Part shown: in pieces, positions 1-9,403 of the stretch | Position numbering within the stretch: position 1 is the first letter of the stretch | Layout of the letters: every line of letters begins with the position of its first letter | From: Acidimicrobiia bacterium | GTDB lineage: Bacteria; Actinomycetota; Acidimicrobiia; Spongiisociales; ZC4RG35 | Direction: 5' to 3' | DNA: 54,604 nucleotides | NCBI GenBank assembly: GCA_026989215.1 | Contig: JALSJV010000242.1 | Span: forward strand, 1 to 54,604 | Position numbers and translations under genes: made by a program | The notes under the pieces: generated by a model | Told to the model about the DNA's origin: nothing | Seen by the model: the letters and a program-made list of their open reading frames with translations, nothing else | Database searches by the model: none

Positions 1-1
1 G

Positions 2-400
2 GCGGCGGAGATCGCCGAGTTCGTGAAGTCGGGAGGGTCCGGTGATCCCCTCGCCCGGGAGCGGGAGATGCTGGGCAAGATGCTCGACGACGCCCAGGCC
101 CACGTGGGGATCATGGTCGAGCATCTTCTGGCGGCACAGTCCGAGCCCACCCGGATCTACCGGACGGGTCTGCACGCCACCCCGCTGTTGTTCAGCCTCG
201 CCGAGGTGGTGGTGGCGTGGCTGCTCCTCCGGCAGGCGGAGGTCGCCGTGCCGCTGGTGGGCGACGACCCCTTCTACGCCGGAAAGCTGGCGTCGGTGCG
301 CTTCTTCGTGCAGACGGTCGCCCCCCAGGTCACCGCCCGCCGGGAGGCTGCCGAGGTGGAAGACGGACGGCTCATGGAGTTGGCGGTCGAGGCGTTCTGA
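2..400 (+). CDS. acyl-CoA dehydrogenase, C-terminal fragment (gene continues off the left edge)
   Basis: The frame is open to position 2, so the track's start at 23 is an internal GTG. The helical C-terminal sequence (..FYAGKLASVRFFVQTVAPQV..) resembles the C-terminal domain of long FadE-type ACADs. It is followed by a second ACAD gene. Confidence 0.6.
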   Translation, partial: AAEIAEFVKSGGSGDPLAREREMLGKMLDDAQAHVGIMVEHLLAAQSEPTRIYRTGLHATPLLFSLAEVVVAWLLLRQAEVAVPLVGDDPFYAGKLASVRFFVQTVAPQVTARREAAEVEDGRLMELAVEAF

Positions 401-445
401 GCAGTGAACGACCGCTAACCTGGGGGGACCCGGGAAGGAGCGGTC

Positions 446-1555
446 ATGGCTGTCGCCTTCGGCGAAGAACAACAGGAGCTGGCGCGGGTCGCCCGTCGCT
501 GGTTCTCCGAGCGCCTGCCGTCGTCCGAGCTACGGCGGATCATCGACCGACCCGAGGGGTTCGATCGGTCCCGATGGGACGAGATGGCCGCCATGGGCTG
601 GCAGGCGATGATGATCCCGGAGAAGTACGGGGGGGCCGGCTTCGGGCCCCTCGAGGCGGCGGTGCTGGTGGAGGAGATGGGTCGAGCCCTCGATCCCAGT
701 CCCTACCTGTTCTGCGCTCTCCTCTCCGTCGACCTGCTGCTCGCCGGGGGCTCCGAGGCCCAGAAGGCATCGCTGCTGCCCGGGATCGCCGACGGGTCCA
801 GGATCGTGGTGCCCGCCGTCACCGAGACGACGGGGGAATGGATCCCCGACGGGATCACGACCGACGCGGTTCCCCGAGGCGAGGGATGGGTCGTCACCGG
901 GACCAAGCGGTATGTCGCCCACGGTGACGTCGCCGACGACTACCTGGTCGCCGCCCGGGTCGGTGACGAGATCGGCTGGTTCGTGGTGTCCGCCGAGGAG
1001 GTCGAGCGCTCGCGGATGGACGCCCTCGACCTCACCCGGAGCCTGGCGGAGCTCCACCTCGACGGGGTCGTGCTCCCCGGCGATGCCCGCCTTCCCGCCT
1101 CCGGTGAGGCGCTGCTGGAACGGGCCGTCAAGGTCGGGTCGGTGGGGCTCGCCATGGAGCAGGTCGGGCTCGCTCAACGATGCCTCGACATGGCGGTCGC
1201 CTACGCCAAGGAGCGTCATCAGTTCGGGCGGCCGATCGGATCCTTCCAGGCGGTCAAGCACACCTGCGCCGACATGCTGGTGCAGGTGGAGTCGGCACGG
1301 GCCGCGGCCTACGCCGCCACGGTGGCGTTGGCCGCCGACGACGAGGAGCTGGACGAGCTCGCGCCGCTGGCCAAGTCCTACTGTTCGGAGGCCGCCCTGT
1401 TCTGCGCGGGTGAGAACATCCAGGTCCACGGCGGCATCGGTTTCACCTGGGAGCACGATGCCCATCTGTACTTCCGGAGGGCGAAGAGCACCCAGCTCGC
1501 CCTCGGTGACCCCGCCTACCATCGGAGGATCCTCGCCGAACGGATCGGCCTCTGA
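446..1555 (+). CDS. acyl-CoA dehydrogenase family protein
   Basis: 369 aa with typical ACAD layout and motifs (..AKERHQFGRPIGSFQAVKH.., ..QVHGGIGFTWEHDAHLYFRRAK..). A GGAAGGAG RBS lies upstream of the ATG. Confidence 0.9.
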   Translation: MAVAFGEEQQELARVARRWFSERLPSSELRRIIDRPEGFDRSRWDEMAAMGWQAMMIPEKYGGAGFGPLEAAVLVEEMGRALDPSPYLFCALLSVDLLLAGGSEAQKASLLPGIADGSRIVVPAVTETTGEWIPDGITTDAVPRGEGWVVTGTKRYVAHGDVADDYLVAARVGDEIGWFVVSAEEVERSRMDALDLTRSLAELHLDGVVLPGDARLPASGEALLERAVKVGSVGLAMEQVGLAQRCLDMAVAYAKERHQFGRPIGSFQAVKHTCADMLVQVESARAAAYAATVALAADDEELDELAPLAKSYCSEAALFCAGENIQVHGGIGFTWEHDAHLYFRRAKSTQLALGDPAYHRRILAERIGL

Positions 1556-1587
1556 GGTCCGTCCCGGGGCCATCTACAGTTCTGGGT

Positions 1588-2028
1588 ATGTCCGGGGTCA
1601 CCACCGTCGCCCTCGTCGGCCTTCTGGCGGGGATCTTCCTGCTCATCGTCGCCGTCATGGTGTACCAGGAGGCGCGGCGTCGCACCGTCGGTCCGACCGA
1701 GCCGGTGTACGTCGTCGAAGACGCGGTGGCCTTCATCCACGAACGTCTCGATCCCGAACGGGCCGGCCGTCTCCGGAGGTCCGACGTCCGGAGGATCATC
1801 GAGTGGGAGGTCTACTATCTCCAGGGCCTCGCCCAGCCGCGGCGTCGCACGCCGGTCGAGGTCACGGCAGGGGGTGCGCCGGCGGCGGTGGAGTACATCG
1901 AAGGCCAGATCGCCGCCCGCCACGGCATCTCCTACCCTCGCGAGGACATCGCGGCGGTGCTGGCGCTCGAAGCCGAGTACCTGGCCGCGATCGGGGCCGT
2001 CGGTGAGCCGGTGGGAGGTGAAGGATGA
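1588..2028 (+). CDS. hypothetical protein with N-terminal transmembrane anchor
   Basis: 146 aa with one N-terminal hydrophobic helix (VALVGLLAGIFLLIVAVMVY). Its stop overlaps the next start (ATGA at 2025-2028). Confidence 0.55.
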   Translation: MSGVTTVALVGLLAGIFLLIVAVMVYQEARRRTVGPTEPVYVVEDAVAFIHERLDPERAGRLRRSDVRRIIEWEVYYLQGLAQPRRRTPVEVTAGGAPAAVEYIEGQIAARHGISYPREDIAAVLALEAEYLAAIGAVGEPVGGEG

Positions 2029-2327
2029 TCGTACGATGCGGTGCCTGCCACACGCAGTTCGAGGTGCCCGGGCCCGGCAAGTTCTCCTGTCCGGCCTGCG
2101 GGTCGGTGAACGCGGTCAGAGCGGCGGGCCAGCGTCCAGGGGGCGGGTCGAACGCGGGGATGGGGCCGCCGGGGTATGCGGCTCCCCCTCCGCCACCACC
2201 CGAACCCCCCTCGCCTCGGGTGCAATGTCCCGAATGCGAGTTCCGGTTCATCGTCGGCGAGATCGCCGTCGCCACGTGTCCCAACTGCGGTGCCGAGGTG
2301 CCGACGGGCCGAGGAGGGGAGGGGTGA
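2025..2327 (+). CDS. double zinc-ribbon protein
   Basis: 100 aa with two CxxC..CxxC units (CGAC..CPAC and CPEC..CPNC) separated by a Pro-rich linker. It is coupled to both neighbours by overlapping stop/start codons. Confidence 0.6.
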   Translation: MIVRCGACHTQFEVPGPGKFSCPACGSVNAVRAAGQRPGGGSNAGMGPPGYAAPPPPPPEPPSPRVQCPECEFRFIVGEIAVATCPNCGAEVPTGRGGEG

Positions 2328-2530
2328 TGCCTCGGCTTCGGAGGTTCGAACACCATCGATTCGTGGGGACCCGGGACGACATGCGCGTGTACGACACCGA
2401 CGACCCCTCCCAGTACGAGGCCCTCGAGGCCCGGGTGGAGGCAGACGATCTCCTGGAGCGGAACCTGTTGCAGTCGTTCGGGCCCGATGAGCTGGCCGAG
2501 GCCCGCAATCGGGGCTTCAGACCTCGCTGA
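2327..2530 (+). CDS. small acidic hypothetical protein
   Basis: The internal ATG at 2327 overlaps the TGA of the zinc-ribbon gene (TGATG). 67 aa, no family recognised. Confidence 0.4.
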   Translation: MPRLRRFEHHRFVGTRDDMRVYDTDDPSQYEALEARVEADDLLERNLLQSFGPDELAEARNRGFRPR

Positions 2531-3113
2531 AGAAGTCCGCCACGATGTCCCCCACCTGGCGGTGGCGGAACACGAAGAAGTGGTCCGAGCCGGTGACGAT
2601 CTCCAACCTCGCTCCGATCTGGATCGCGTAGGAGCGGAGGGCCTCGGCGTCGATCACCTGTTCGCGATCGCCGAGCACGATGAGCTTCGGTCCCTTGGGG
2701 AGTCGCGACGGCGGCGGGCACAGCCGCGGTGGAGGCGCGATCCCCACGAAGGGGACGCCTCGCCCGGCTCGTGCCATCCAGCGCAGCGCCATCGCCCCGC
2801 CGAAGGACCATCCACAGAGGACGGTTCGGGCATGCGCCCGCTCTGCCGCCTCGACGGCGGCGGCGACGTCGTCGATCTCGGCCTCGCCGCCGTCGTGCTC
2901 GCCCTGGGATGAGCCGACACCGCGGAAGTTGAAGCGGAGCACCGCGAACCCCCGCTCGGCGAGTCGATCGGCGACTCCGTTCATGAGGGGGGCGGTCATG
3001 GTCCCGCCGTAGCTGGGATGAGGGTGACAGAACACGACTGCGGTCTCGGCTCCGTCGGGCCCGTCCCAGCGGGATTCGAGCTCGAGTCCGTCGGCGGTGG
3101 TGAGTGCGGTCAT
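2517..3113 (-). CDS. alpha/beta hydrolase
   Basis: Nucleophile elbow GWSFGG, HPHPSYGG-type N-terminus and a C-terminal DH motif. The start was chosen at MTALTT (ATG at 3113). The track's upstream extension is Arg/Ser-rich junk. Confidence 0.8.
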   Translation of the reverse strand: MTALTTADGLELESRWDGPDGAETAVVFCHPHPSYGGTMTAPLMNGVADRLAERGFAVLRFNFRGVGSSQGEHDGGEAEIDDVAAAVEAAERAHARTVLCGWSFGGAMALRWMARAGRGVPFVGIAPPPRLCPPPSRLPKGPKLIVLGDREQVIDAEALRSYAIQIGARLEIVTGSDHFFVFRHRQVGDIVADFFSEV

Positions 3114-3267
3114 CGGGGTGCTGCTCCTGGTCATCCGGAGGAGGCGGTGCCGGCCGGGGATCCCGGATCCCCCTTTTCGTCCGCTCCGCCCCCGGTACTC
3201 TAAGAGGGCGCAGGGTGGGGCGAAGACGACGTCGGTTCCGTCGAGCGACCGAGACGAGAGGGCCGGG

Positions 3268-5379
3268 GTGAGGGAGACCAAGCCGAACGGAGGATGGCTG
3301 TTCGCGGCCGATCCCGCCGACCGGGTGTTGGCGGCGGTGGCCGCGGGTCGGGAGCGTCCGCCGGGGTCGATCGACTCCCCCCGTCTCGAGCTCGCCCGTC
3401 GGCATGGGCTCGTCGGTCTGCTCCGGTCCGATGACGTCGCCGACCCCGACGGGCTCTCCGCGCTGCAGGCCCGTCTCGTCGCCCGCGGGCTGGTGATGCG
3501 CCGCAGCCTGCGGCGGATCATGGATCGTCTCGCGGCCTCCGGTGTCCGTGCCGCCGTGGTGAAGGGACCCGATCTGGCCGACCGGGTCTATCCGGCGGCG
3601 GGGATGCGAAGCTTCACCGACCTGGACCTGGTCGTCCCCTCCACCGACCTCTCGGCGGCACTCGAGGTGATCGGATCGGATCCGGCGTGTGTCGGCATCC
3701 CTCCCAAGGGGCCCCGGGCCGACAAGCGGGACGTCCTCTTCCAGGACCCGTCGGGAGTCGCCTTCAACGTGGACCTCCACTGGGATCTCTTCTCGTACCG
3801 GCAGCTTCGAGGGAGGGCGGCGCAGGCCATGGAGGAGGCCTGGGCCAGGGCGAGGCCACCGCATCGGGACCGCCCCCATCTCGGGTGGCGGCTGCCTGGC
3901 GAGGTCGTCTCGGCGTTCCTCTGCACCCACGCGCTGTTGGACCATCGGTTCCGTCTGGTGCTCTTCCGAGACCTCGTCGAGGTGGCGCGAGGCGACGTCG
4001 ACTGGGACGCGGCCGTCGGGTTCGCGCACGAGCACGGGCTGGCCGGTCTCGTTCATCTGGGTTGGACGATGGCGGCGGCGCTCGGTGCGCCGGTCCCTCC
4101 CGAGGTGCTCGCGGCGACCGTCACCCGGGGTCTCCCCCTCCGGGTCGCCCGAGAGCTGCTGCCCCGCACCGACCTGATCCGATTCGACGGACGACGGCCC
4201 CATCCCCTCAATCTGGCGATCACCCTTCACGCCGACCGTTGGTCCGATCGGCTGGTGCTCGCCCTTCGGGCACCTCGCGCCTATCCGGGTTGGCGGCGCC
4301 GAGTGACCCGGTCGGTTCGCCGAGCTCGACGCTCGGTGGTCGTGTTGGTCACGTCGGACCGGCGGCGCGGCGCCGAGGTGTTCGGAGAGCGTCTGGTGGC
4401 GGGGTTGCGCCGTCGGGGCTGGGCGGCGGACCTCGTCGCGCTCCGGGCTGGAGGGGATGGTCCTCGGGTGGAGATCGACGAGTCCGTCGTCGGACCGGCG
4501 GCCTCCGACCTGGAGATGGTGCTGGCCCTGCGGCGGCTGCTCCGTCGGAGGCGACCCGACATCGTCCTCGCCAACGGGGGCGCCACCCTGCGGGCGGTCG
4601 TGACGGCCACTCGGGCCATGCGTCGGCGGCCCCGGATCGTCTACTCGTCGATCGGCGAGCCGAACTACTGGGTGCGGGGGCGGTGGCACGCGTGCCTCCA
4701 ACGCGCCCTCATCCGCCGCTGTGACCGGGTCACCGCGGTCTCCGAAGCCACTCGTCGACAGCTCATCGAACGGATGAAGGTGCCACCCGAGAGGGTGACG
4801 ACGGCGCCCACCGGAGTCCCCTCCCACTGGTTCGAGCTCCCCGAGCCCGAGCCCCACGACGAGCTTCGGGTCCTGGTGGCCGGTGCGCTCTCCCCGGAGA
4901 AGGACCCCGTCACCGCGGTGAGGGCGATCGGGCTCGCCGGAGCCGACATCGCGATCACGGCCAGGGTCGCCGGGGACGGCCCGCTCCGGGAGGCGGTCGA
5001 GGCCGAACGGATCCCGGGGGTCGAAGTGCTCGGCTCGGTGGCGGAGATGGAGCAGCTCTTCGCCTGGTCCGACGTCCTGTTGTCCACCTCGCTCACCGAG
5101 GGGCTGCCCGGGGTGGTGCTGGAGGCGGCCGCGTCGGGTCGTCCGGTGGTGGCCTCCGGAGTCGGTGGCACACCGGAGGTGGTGGAGCATCGCCGGACCG
5201 GCATCCTGGTGGCTGCCGGCGACGTCGAGGGTTTCGCCGCCGCGCTTCGGGAGCTGGGGAAGGATCCCGAGCTTCGTGCCCGCATGGGCGCAGCCGGTCG
5301 GGAGCATGCCCGACGCTTCACCCTCGAAGCGGGGATCGACCGCTACGAACAGGTCTTGGAGGGTCTCCTCGATGGCTGA
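3268..5379 (+). CDS. fusion protein: uncharacterised nucleotidyltransferase-like (NTP_transf_5-like) N-terminal half plus GT4 glycosyltransferase C-terminal half
   Basis: The N-half has ..VVKGPDLADRVYP..RSFTDLDLVV..FNVDLHWDLF.. The C-half, from about 4300, has a GT4 Rossmann pair with ..TSLTEGLPGVVLEAAASGRPVVAS... There is no stop between the halves. The start is uncertain: the in-frame GTG at 3268 is preferred over the track's 3097, which would overlap the divergent hydrolase start. Confidence 0.75.
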   Translation: MRETKPNGGWLFAADPADRVLAAVAAGRERPPGSIDSPRLELARRHGLVGLLRSDDVADPDGLSALQARLVARGLVMRRSLRRIMDRLAASGVRAAVVKGPDLADRVYPAAGMRSFTDLDLVVPSTDLSAALEVIGSDPACVGIPPKGPRADKRDVLFQDPSGVAFNVDLHWDLFSYRQLRGRAAQAMEEAWARARPPHRDRPHLGWRLPGEVVSAFLCTHALLDHRFRLVLFRDLVEVARGDVDWDAAVGFAHEHGLAGLVHLGWTMAAALGAPVPPEVLAATVTRGLPLRVARELLPRTDLIRFDGRRPHPLNLAITLHADRWSDRLVLALRAPRAYPGWRRRVTRSVRRARRSVVVLVTSDRRRGAEVFGERLVAGLRRRGWAADLVALRAGGDGPRVEIDESVVGPAASDLEMVLALRRLLRRRRPDIVLANGGATLRAVVTATRAMRRRPRIVYSSIGEPNYWVRGRWHACLQRALIRRCDRVTAVSEATRRQLIERMKVPPERVTTAPTGVPSHWFELPEPEPHDELRVLVAGALSPEKDPVTAVRAIGLAGADIAITARVAGDGPLREAVEAERIPGVEVLGSVAEMEQLFAWSDVLLSTSLTEGLPGVVLEAAASGRPVVASGVGGTPEVVEHRRTGILVAAGDVEGFAAALRELGKDPELRARMGAAGREHARRFTLEAGIDRYEQVLEGLLDG

Positions 5380-7144
5380 GTCACGTCCGGTGATCGCTCA
5401 TCTCACCACGGTGGATCTCTCCCTCCGCTACCTGCTGTTTCCCCAGCTCCTCGCTCCTCTCCAGGTGGGGATCCGCTCGGTGGGGATCTCCTCTCCGGGT
5501 CCGTGGGTGGCCGAACTCGACGCGGCCGGCGTCGAGCACGTCCCCCTGACCGCCTCCACCCGGGGGATGAGCCTCGGTGCCGACCTGCGGGCGGCGGCGC
5601 AGCTCTGGCGGGTGCTCCGCCGACTCCGTCCCGACGTACTGCACACCCACAACCCGAAACCGGGTCTGTACGGCCGGGTTCTCGGTCGTCTCGCCGGCGT
5701 CCCCATCGTGGTGAACACGGTCCACGGTTTCTACGCCTCCCCGGACGACCCCCTCGGCAAGCGGATCCTCGTCTACGGACTCGAGGCGTTCGCCTCCCGA
5801 TTCTCCGACGCCGAGCTGTTCCAGAGCTCGGAGGACCTCGCGCTGGCCCGACGTCTCCGTCTTGCTCCGCCCGGAAGGTCGCGCCATCTCGGCAACGGGG
5901 TGGACCTCACCAGGTTCGACCCGGCCCGTTTCGACGCCTCCCATCGTCGGCGGACCCGGGCCGAGCTCGGGATCCCCGAGGATGCCGTGGTGGTGGGGAT
6001 GGTCGGGCGCCTCGTCGCCGAGAAGGGATATCCGGAGCTGTTCGAGGCCGCTCGCTCCCTCGACGATCGGTATGTGGTGGTCTGCATCGGACCCCGGGAT
6101 CCCGACAAGGCCGACGATCTCGGCGACGCGCTCATCGAACGGGCACGAGCCGGGGGTGTTCGGTTCCTGGGGATGCGTACCGACGTCGACGCGCTGTATC
6201 CGATGATGGATCTCTTCGTGTTGCCCTCCCATCGGGAGGGCTTCCCACGGGCGGCGATGGAGGCGGCAGCGATGGGGTTGCCGATCGTCGCCACCGATAT
6301 CCGAGGGTGTCGGGAGGTCGTCGTCGACGGGCACAACGGGCTGCTCGTCCCCGTCGCCGATCCGGAGGCCCTCGCCGAGGCGATCCGGCGGATCGGAGAG
6401 GATCCGGATCTCGCGGCGCGGATGGGGAAGGCCGGTCGGGAACGGGCGGAGCGGTGCTTCGACGAGCGGAGGGTCGTCGACGTCGTCCTCTCCGTCTATC
6501 GGGAGCTGGCCCTCGCCAAGGGGCTCGATCGGTTGGCGGGCGCGCTGGGGGAGCGCGGCTCGATGGGGCTTCGGATCCGTCCGGCCGAGATCGGCGACGC
6601 CCCGTTCCTGGGTGCGCTCCACCGGAAGGCGATCGCGACCGGGTTCCTGCCCCGTCTCGGAGGTCGCTTCATGACGCTGTTGTACCGGGCGTTGGTGAGC
6701 CACGACGACGCGGTGGTGCTCGTCGCCGAGGACGGATCGGGCCCGGTCGGTTTCGTCGCCGGCGTCGCCGACCTCGGGGCGTTTTACCGATATTTCGTCC
6801 GGCGGTTCGGGCTCTCGGCGGTGTTGGCGGCGTCGCCGAACCTGTTACGCCCGTCCGTCCTCCGTCGGGCCTGGGAGACGCTTCGGTACGACGGCGGCGA
6901 CGTGGGCGTGAAGGCGGAGCTGGTCTCGATGGCGGTCGTGTCGGACCGCCGGGGCCGGGGGATCGCCACCGAGCTCGGACGGGCGTTCCTCGCCGAGATG
7001 GCCCGAAACGGTGAAGTGAAGGTGGTGGTGGGGGCGGGGAACCATGCCGCGATCTCTGCCTACCAGAAGATGGGCTTCGAGCCTGCCGGGACCATCGAGG
7101 TCCATCGCGGCGAGACCTCGGAGGTGCTCGTGTGGACCGGGTGA
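5372..7144 (+). CDS. fusion protein: GT4 glycosyltransferase plus C-terminal GNAT acetyltransferase domain
   Basis: Start at MAESRPVIAHL (ATG 5372, 8-nt overlap with the upstream stop). The GT4 core has ..LPSHREGFPRAAMEAAAMGLPIVATD... From about 6560 there is a GNAT fold (..MAVVSDRRGRGIATELGRAFL.., ..AISAYQKMGF..). Confidence 0.85.
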   Translation: MAESRPVIAHLTTVDLSLRYLLFPQLLAPLQVGIRSVGISSPGPWVAELDAAGVEHVPLTASTRGMSLGADLRAAAQLWRVLRRLRPDVLHTHNPKPGLYGRVLGRLAGVPIVVNTVHGFYASPDDPLGKRILVYGLEAFASRFSDAELFQSSEDLALARRLRLAPPGRSRHLGNGVDLTRFDPARFDASHRRRTRAELGIPEDAVVVGMVGRLVAEKGYPELFEAARSLDDRYVVVCIGPRDPDKADDLGDALIERARAGGVRFLGMRTDVDALYPMMDLFVLPSHREGFPRAAMEAAAMGLPIVATDIRGCREVVVDGHNGLLVPVADPEALAEAIRRIGEDPDLAARMGKAGRERAERCFDERRVVDVVLSVYRELALAKGLDRLAGALGERGSMGLRIRPAEIGDAPFLGALHRKAIATGFLPRLGGRFMTLLYRALVSHDDAVVLVAEDGSGPVGFVAGVADLGAFYRYFVRRFGLSAVLAASPNLLRPSVLRRAWETLRYDGGDVGVKAELVSMAVVSDRRGRGIATELGRAFLAEMARNGEVKVVVGAGNHAAISAYQKMGFEPAGTIEVHRGETSEVLVWTG

Positions 7145-8070
7145 TGGCGGCGGCCGCCCTCGGGGCGGTGGTCTCGTTCCTCTGGTCGGCGGCCGCGCCT
7201 CGGGTCGGCTCCCGCCTCGGACTGGTCGATCATCCGGGAGCACCGCTGAAGGTCCATACGTCACCGGCGGCTCCGTTGGGTGGTGTGGGGCTGTACGCGG
7301 CGCTCATCGTGGCCGCGGTCGTCGTGGGAGAGCCCCAGGCCGCGCTCCTGGTCGCCGCCGGCGTCGTCTTCGTCCTGGGGCTGGTCGACGACCGACGGGG
7401 TCTCTCACCCGGTGTCCGTCTGGGGGTGGAGTTCGTCGCCGGAGGACTCACCGCGTGGGCTCTCGGTCTCGGGGGGATCGCCGGGATCCTGGTGGCCCTC
7501 GGGGTGGTCGTCGGGATCAACGCCGTCAACCTGTTCGACGGTCTCGACGGGTTGGTCGTCTCGGTCGCCCTGATCACCTTGGTGGGGATGGGCCTCGTCG
7601 GGCTCGGCGAGGGAAGGGTGCCGGTGGCGGAGGCGGCGCTGGCAGGAGCCCTGGTGGGGTTCGGAGTGTTCAACTGGCATCCGGCGAAGGTGTTTCTCGG
7701 TGACAACGGGAGTTACCTGATCGGCCTGATGCTCGTCGCCTTCGGATCGAGGCTGGACGGGGGGAGCGAGGTGGGGATCGTCGCCGGAGGCTCGATGTTC
7801 GGGGTGCTGCTCGTCGATCTGGCGGCGACCGTGCTCCGACGTCGGCGGGCCGGAGTCCCCCTGTTCGAAGGGGACCGCTCCCACCTCTACGACCGTCTCC
7901 GGGAGCGGGGCGTCGGCGTTCCCCGGGTCGCCCTGGCCGCGGCGGCGGCCCAGGGCGTGTTGACGGGGGTGGTGGTCGGGGCGTGGTGGATCGCGGGCCC
8001 GGGCCTGGCCGCGGTCGCCGGCGTGGTGGTCGTGGTGCTCGGGGTGGCGGCCGCCCTCAGGTGGGGTTGA
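7144..8070 (+). CDS. polyprenyl-phosphate N-acetylhexosamine-1-phosphate transferase (WecA/MraY family, priming enzyme)
   Basis: Multi-TM protein with ..LVDDRRGLSP.., ..NAVNLFDGLDGL.. and ..VFLGDNGSY.. motifs. The ATG at 7144 shares one base with the upstream TGA; the alternative start is 7132. Confidence 0.85.
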   Translation: MAAAALGAVVSFLWSAAAPRVGSRLGLVDHPGAPLKVHTSPAAPLGGVGLYAALIVAAVVVGEPQAALLVAAGVVFVLGLVDDRRGLSPGVRLGVEFVAGGLTAWALGLGGIAGILVALGVVVGINAVNLFDGLDGLVVSVALITLVGMGLVGLGEGRVPVAEAALAGALVGFGVFNWHPAKVFLGDNGSYLIGLMLVAFGSRLDGGSEVGIVAGGSMFGVLLVDLAATVLRRRRAGVPLFEGDRSHLYDRLRERGVGVPRVALAAAAAQGVLTGVVVGAWWIAGPGLAAVAGVVVVVLGVAAALRWG

Positions 8071-9403
8071 GGGCGTTCTGCCGTTCCGTCGCCGCCTCGC
8101 CCGTCGGCTCCTCGTCTGCCGCCAGGGGCCACCCGAGACCCGCGACCAGGGCGAGGACGAAGGGGATCACGAGGGCCCGTTGGCGGGCGATGATCCCCAG
8201 GTTGAGGATCGCGCTCCACGCCACGACGAAGCCGGCGGCGAAGGTGCCGGCGAAGATGAGGTAGGGGAAGCGGCGCAGCCGCCGGAGATTGCCGAGCATC
8301 CACGGGGTCCGGGCGACGACGAGGAGGAGCAGGGCGACCCCTTCGATGCTCGCCAGCAGCATCTGCACGTTCGCGGCCTCATAGGGGAGGGGCCGGAACA
8401 GCACCTTGAGGATTCCGGCGGGGACGTCGGCGATGGAGCGGATCACCCCTCCCTGCACGGCCGATCCGCCCTGGCCGGTGGTGCGGGCGACCTCGTTGAG
8501 CACCGGTTCGAGGGCGGAGGGATCGAGGCCCCCCGCCGGGTCGATCCCGAAGCGCGCCGAGACGAGCGCAGCCAAGGGGATGAGGGCGGCGAACCCGGCG
8601 GCCATCAGCAGATACCTGCGGCTTCGGGGACCCGTGCCGCGGGGAGCGGCGGACACCAACATGCCGACCACGATCGACCCTGCGAACAGGGCGGCGACAT
8701 GGATCCGAACGACCGCGATGAGGGCGGTCGCCGCTCCGATGACGAGCAGCCAGCTCAGACGGTACTGCTCGAAGAGTCGGGCTGCCCCATAGGCGACGAG
8801 CCCTCCGAAGCCGAGGATGAACGCCTCTTTCCCGATCGACGACGGCCAGTACAGCAGGGTCGGCCAGAACATGAGCATGATCAGGGAGCGGCGCCAGGTG
8901 GAGGGGGGAAGGCTTCGCCGCAGCGCCGCGTAGAACAGCACGGTGCCCGCGAAGGCGATGAACGAGTAGAGCCAGAATCCACCGAGGGGCTCGGGCTCAT
9001 AGGGGGCGTAGACGAGGCCGGTGAGCCACGAGATGAACCGAGTTCCGGTGGATCCGAACCCCGCCTCGTCCAGGGTGGGTACCCGGAGGGAGCGGAACAG
9101 CTCGGCGAGGCGGAGGCCCCGGCTGTGATACCCGAGGGCATCTCCGACGCCGCCGTAGACCTCGACGAGCACGAAGTACCGGGCCCAGGAGCCGGCCAGC
9201 TTCGCCACCAACCCGGCCACCAGCAGGCCGGGCAGCCATGACCGGTCGACCTCGGTCGCCATCGCCTTCCCCACGAGATAGGTGACGGCGAGACCGACGA
9301 CGGCGAAGACCACCAGGTGGACGGGGACCGCGCCCGAGGTCAGGGTGAAGGCGATGAGCGCCGTCAGCCCGGCGCCGGCGCCGAGAACGATGTCCTGTCT
9401 CAC
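8057..9403 (-). CDS. polytopic membrane protein, O-antigen polymerase (Wzy)-like candidate
   Basis: About 448 aa with about 10 hydrophobic helices and a larger loop. GTG start at 9403 in a GTGA overlap with the upstream GNAT gene's stop. The function is inferred from topology and context only. Confidence 0.55.
   Translation of the reverse strand: MRQDIVLGAGAGLTALIAFTLTSGAVPVHLVVFAVVGLAVTYLVGKAMATEVDRSWLPGLLVAGLVAKLAGSWARYFVLVEVYGGVGDALGYHSRGLRLAELFRSLRVPTLDEAGFGSTGTRFISWLTGLVYAPYEPEPLGGFWLYSFIAFAGTVLFYAALRRSLPPSTWRRSLIMLMFWPTLLYWPSSIGKEAFILGFGGLVAYGAARLFEQYRLSWLLVIGAATALIAVVRIHVAALFAGSIVVGMLVSAAPRGTGPRSRRYLLMAAGFAALIPLAALVSARFGIDPAGGLDPSALEPVLNEVARTTGQGGSAVQGGVIRSIADVPAGILKVLFRPLPYEAANVQMLLASIEGVALLLLVVARTPWMLGNLRRLRRFPYLIFAGTFAAGFVVAWSAILNLGIIARQRALVIPFVLALVAGLGWPLAADEEPTGEAATERQNALNPT

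Noticed and set aside
2248-5307. 1019-aa minus-strand ORF, the longest ORF in the track
   Set aside because: It runs antisense to a recognisable alpha/beta hydrolase neighbourhood and to the NTP_transf_5-like/GT4 gene. Its translation is Arg/Pro/Gly-rich low-complexity sequence with no domain signatures. This is the typical stop-poor antisense frame of a genome of about 70% GC.
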